The notes beneath the pieces were generated by a model that did not search any database, had not been told where the DNA came from, and worked only from the letters and a program-made list of their open reading frames with translations. 64,000 bases of DNA from Nemertoderma westbladi (Eukaryota; Animalia; Xenacoelomorpha), in assembly GCA_032718475.1 (NCBI GenBank), contig JAUCBJ010007698.1, forward strand, positions 1 to 64,000, read 5' to 3'. Made by a program: the position numbers and the translations under genes. This document shows, in pieces, positions 60,314 through 64,000 of the stretch (positions are counted from its first letter, which is position 1; each line of letters begins with the position of its first letter).

Positions 60314-63300
60314 TGTTCGCGCTTTCAGACCTTTGGCAGTTTAACCCGCCAAATTAGAATGTCTTCTAGATAATAAATCTGCTTTTTAGTCTATGACAAG
60401 TATTTGATTCACTACACTAGTCGAAACCAATCCGTGCGCGACCATTCACCCGCTGGATATTCCCGGGAGATTGGGTTCGACGGTTTAATTTTTATTGCTA
60501 TGTAAGCCTAATGTATTATTCGACTGACAGTATTATATAATCTCTGACAATATTATTCACCTTCGGTAATATTAACAGTTCCTTTAGGACGTGGCGCTTT
60601 ATCTATATAAACAGAGTTATGACTTAAACTACTCGCAACGATATGGCTTAATTATAATCCACATATATGGCGCATTCTTTAGGAATGCTTCTTTAACAGA
60701 CTCACTCATACACTATGCTGCACAATACTGCACACTAATCTGCCAATCTTCACTGATTTTAGTCACATATAAAAAGAACACAGGCTGACTCATGTAGGGT
60801 CTATCAAATAACATTAGATTCACTTCAAACCACTTTAACATAAGTCACAATCGTTATTGGTAACCTTTCTCTCTTACCTTCGGTATATCAAGAATATTGG
60901 GTTGCGGGGTCATTTATCGTTATTCCAAATATAATTATTCATCAACCATATTATGAAGAACTGACAGCAAATAGCAGTATAAAACAACAAGTCAGTACCG
61001 GTAGGTACTGCACATAGGCATGAGATATTCAAGTAGTCAGTTTGCAGTCATCAGAGTCTTTAGGTAGTTAAAGGATATATGGGTCAATAAGCTTAAAAGT
61101 GGCCAATGGTTTGTCCGGAAGTTACGATATAATTTTAAATGCTTTAATTTATTCGTATATAATAAAGTTATATATTATTTTGTAGCTAATTTATTTGCGC
61201 AGCTTACGCACTAAAAATTATCAAAATCTGTAAAGGCAGTCAAAAGATATGCCCCATTAAAGACTGAAATATCGTGAAAATCAGTTGTCCCTTACATGAC
61301 AAGACCACAAACAACTGTAAATTTTATCACCCCAAGTGGCAAATATATAGAAAACCTATATATTGTTGGGAAGCTTAGATGTTTTGCTTTCTTTTCCGAT
61401 ATATTTCAGGCCATAATATTCATGTTGAACCATTTGAGATCGATACATAAAATGGGCATGGATTTTTCAATTTTTGTGTCACATCTGTAACATTTACGTC
61501 TAGAATCTGAAGTAGTAACTGTAGGTTTACAGTTTTGATATATTTAGAATCTACAGGGTTTCTAACATATATAGGCCAAATATCACATACAAAGGGTAAG
61601 GTCATCTCATTTGGGAAGCATTTATGTTTAACAAAGTCAATATTGAAAGCATAAACGTCCATATCTGTAACGCTACAAATGTGGCCATAGATTTTGATAA
61701 TATTAATCTCATACAAGTATAATGGTACGTGTGGAAAGGCAATTTGAATTTATGCCGCATTAACCCCAAGAGTTAATGTGATAAATAAACACCTAGGATG
61801 TATGGCGGTGGTAAGCGTTTTTGTCAACCATCTGTAACGCGTCACCGTTACAGTGCAGTGCGTTACAGATAGGGCATGTCTCATCTGTAACGCATTATAT
61901 AACCAGTTATCGATGCGTTACAGACTGTAGGTTTTCAGTCATATCTATATGACAGTCCTATCTGTAACGGAGGGTCACCCTGAAATACAATAAGGCATCA
62001 CTGTCAATATTTGAATGCCTACGCGTTTGATACGTTCTTCGTCTTCCTACTGACATCCTAACTGCTCATGGTAATGTGGTAGTGTAAGATGGGTAAGTGT
62101 AAAACGCGGAACCGGATGCAGGATCCGGATCGGTTCTCGAATTTTGAGGTTAAAACGCGGATCCGGGTTTTCATGAAATCCGGAAATGAGTGCAAAATGC
62201 GAATTCAATCTAATTTGAATTGTTGCTGGAGTGTTACTGGATCCTCCCGTAAGGGGAGTAAAACACGGATTCATGTTTATCTCTATCCGGGAAGAAGTGA
62301 TTGTGGATTCTGGGGAGTAAAGCGCAGATTCACTTCACATATGAAATTTTATGAATCCAGAGCTTCTGGCTCCGTGGTAAATAATTTAGGAATTAATTGC
62401 AAATATATACAATCTCCATCTTATAAATTTTAAAAGTAGGCCTATAAATAAAATGTGCTTTTTGCAGAATTTCGCTTTATTTCGTTTAGAATTGTAGAAG
62501 ATACATTTCCTACAAACAGTGTTTTTTTTAACATACAATATATTGTACAGACGGTACTTTGCCCTTTTTCGTTTTGCGTTTTTCGCTATTAGGCTTCCCT
62601 GCATAGGCGCGTAATTTATTACAACAATGCTGATAGCAATGATCCTCATAGCATATAAAAGGCCTATGCCCTATATTTTACTATCAATTTCTAAATCATT
62701 GGCTTAACATCACTCACTGACTTACATGAAGGACTTGTGCACTACTTATATTATTGTGATAAGTTTAGTCAGATCCATTTATTGGATGTGGTAATAGACG
62801 TCTCTGAATCAGTTGCAGAGAAACGCCAGGGAGCGGTTAAATAAGTACATCGAACAAATGGACCGCGGTTGTTATACAGAGTATTTTAAACAAGCATATA
62901 AAAAGCGGCGCGGTAGGGAGAATTAAACACGGGATAAAAAAAAACGTGTAAAACAAGATTATCGGTTACACAGAAAAATGTTAATGAAAAACTTTTTCTA
63001 TTTATTGAAACCATGTGTATTAAGTACATATACTTTAATGGATGCGATGGTTATGGGCAGATATCTCTGTTTGTTACAGATGTTTGTCCAATAAATTACC
63101 TTATTGTCGAAGCAATAAGTTATAATACTGCAAAATCCACAACATAATTACCGTTACAGATGGCCGTTACAGACGTTTGTCCCAAAAATGTCATCACTGT
63201 AATGCGGTACAGTGGTAGACAAAAACGTTACAGATATGACATTAGTTTTTGCCATATATCTCCCTTTGAGCAGCGCGTCATGCTCTCCCTCTACCATCAC

Positions 63301-63884
63301 AAGATTCGCCATGAAATTATCTTTCGAATGGTGTATGGTATGGCACTAATTTCCGACAAAAATTTTTTGGTCAATTTGTACCCCTTTTTGGCCACTTTTA
63401 AGCTTATTGACCCATATGCCCTTTATAATTAAACCTACTAGTGTACGACTAAAAAGCAGTACAGCACAAAAATACTTCCAAGCCGTTCTTTCTTTGGCTC
63501 AAGACTGAATGTAAACACTGCACATAGGCATTGCGTCATTTCTCGGAAATTTTATGTACAAGGAGCCACAAAAACGCTCTCATTGGCTGACTGAACTGAG
63601 AGACGCCGTAGAACAAAGGAAATCAACACGTATGAATGTCAGCTGTTAACCGTAGTCATAGTAACTACTGTTCAAGAGTAGCTATCACCCCTTTGCGTCA
63701 CGAATTGCCATAGAATCACAAAATATGCCTTTCACAGTACACATACGGAGGAAATAGGTCTTAGATCCTCTAAAAACACCGATACAGCAATAATACGGTC
63801 TCTTACACTTATTAAATCAACTACAGAGTATTTTAATGTAAAAGATAATAAAAATAACGGGGCAATTCAGCAAAGGCTTTTACA
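60314..63884 (-). repeat. second copy of the 1.2-kb LTR, interrupted by a DNA transposon; probably the 3' LTR of an element lying right of the window
   Basis: 60314-61080 plus 63414-63884 align to 4318-5543; no TSD (aatat vs ccgct); purine-rich gggagcgg abuts the minus-strand TG start. Confidence 0.88.
61081..63413. mobile_element. non-autonomous Sola-like DNA transposon (2333 bp)
   Basis: 26-bp perfect TIR gggtcaataagcttaaaagtggccaa; 4-bp TSD ATAT confirmed by the empty site ggatatatgcc at 5071-5081; repeated internal atctgtaacg / cgttacagat motifs; no transposase ORF. Confidence 0.82.
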
Positions 63885-63892
63885 CCGCTCCC
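63885..63892 (-). promoter_or_regulatory. putative polypurine tract
   Basis: Minus strand gggagcgg directly precedes tgtaaaag (LTR start). Confidence 0.5.
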
Positions 63893-64000
63893 AGAAAATG
63901 GGATTTTCAGTCTATAAAATATAAAAATCACAGTTTCTAAAACGTAAAGATACTCTAAACAGTTAGTCTTTCTTACGCAGACGGCGTTTACGCAGTTTTT

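Noticed and set aside
60314-63884. Solo LTR, or partner LTR of the 4318-5543 copy enclosing the whole window
   Set aside because: No TSD; internal sequence lies left of the first copy and a PPT lies right of the second, so they belong to two separate insertions.

Overview
AT-rich, repeat-dense animal (probably invertebrate) genomic DNA; not prokaryotic, no CRISPR array. Three host genes: (i) an intronless SLC9C1/sNHE-like Na+/H+ exchanger with voltage-sensor and cyclic-nucleotide-binding domains (9790-13260, +); (ii) SCYL2 pseudokinase, two exons with one 3.1-kb intron (23904-18024, -); (iii) an intronless type II membrane protein with a C-terminal fibrinogen domain (38113-39444, +) plus two truncated inverted paralogs (49.4-52.4 kb). 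The rest is mobile DNA: BEL/Pao-type LTR retrotransposon remnants, two copies of a 1.2-kb LTR, RTE-like LINE fragments, tRNA-derived SINE heads, non-autonomous DNA transposons (Harbinger-like, Sola-like, MITEs) and several minisatellites. Top leads: a complete type III hammerhead ribozyme with complementary loops about 570 nt upstream of the SLC9C1 ATG (plus two minimal Penelope-type hammerhead-like motifs elsewhere); an LTR element whose primer-binding position is complementary to its own LTR (possible tRNA-independent self-priming); and seven tandem phospho-FFAT-like motifs in the cytosolic tail of the fibrinogen-domain protein. All calls were made by eye; repeat boundaries are approximate.
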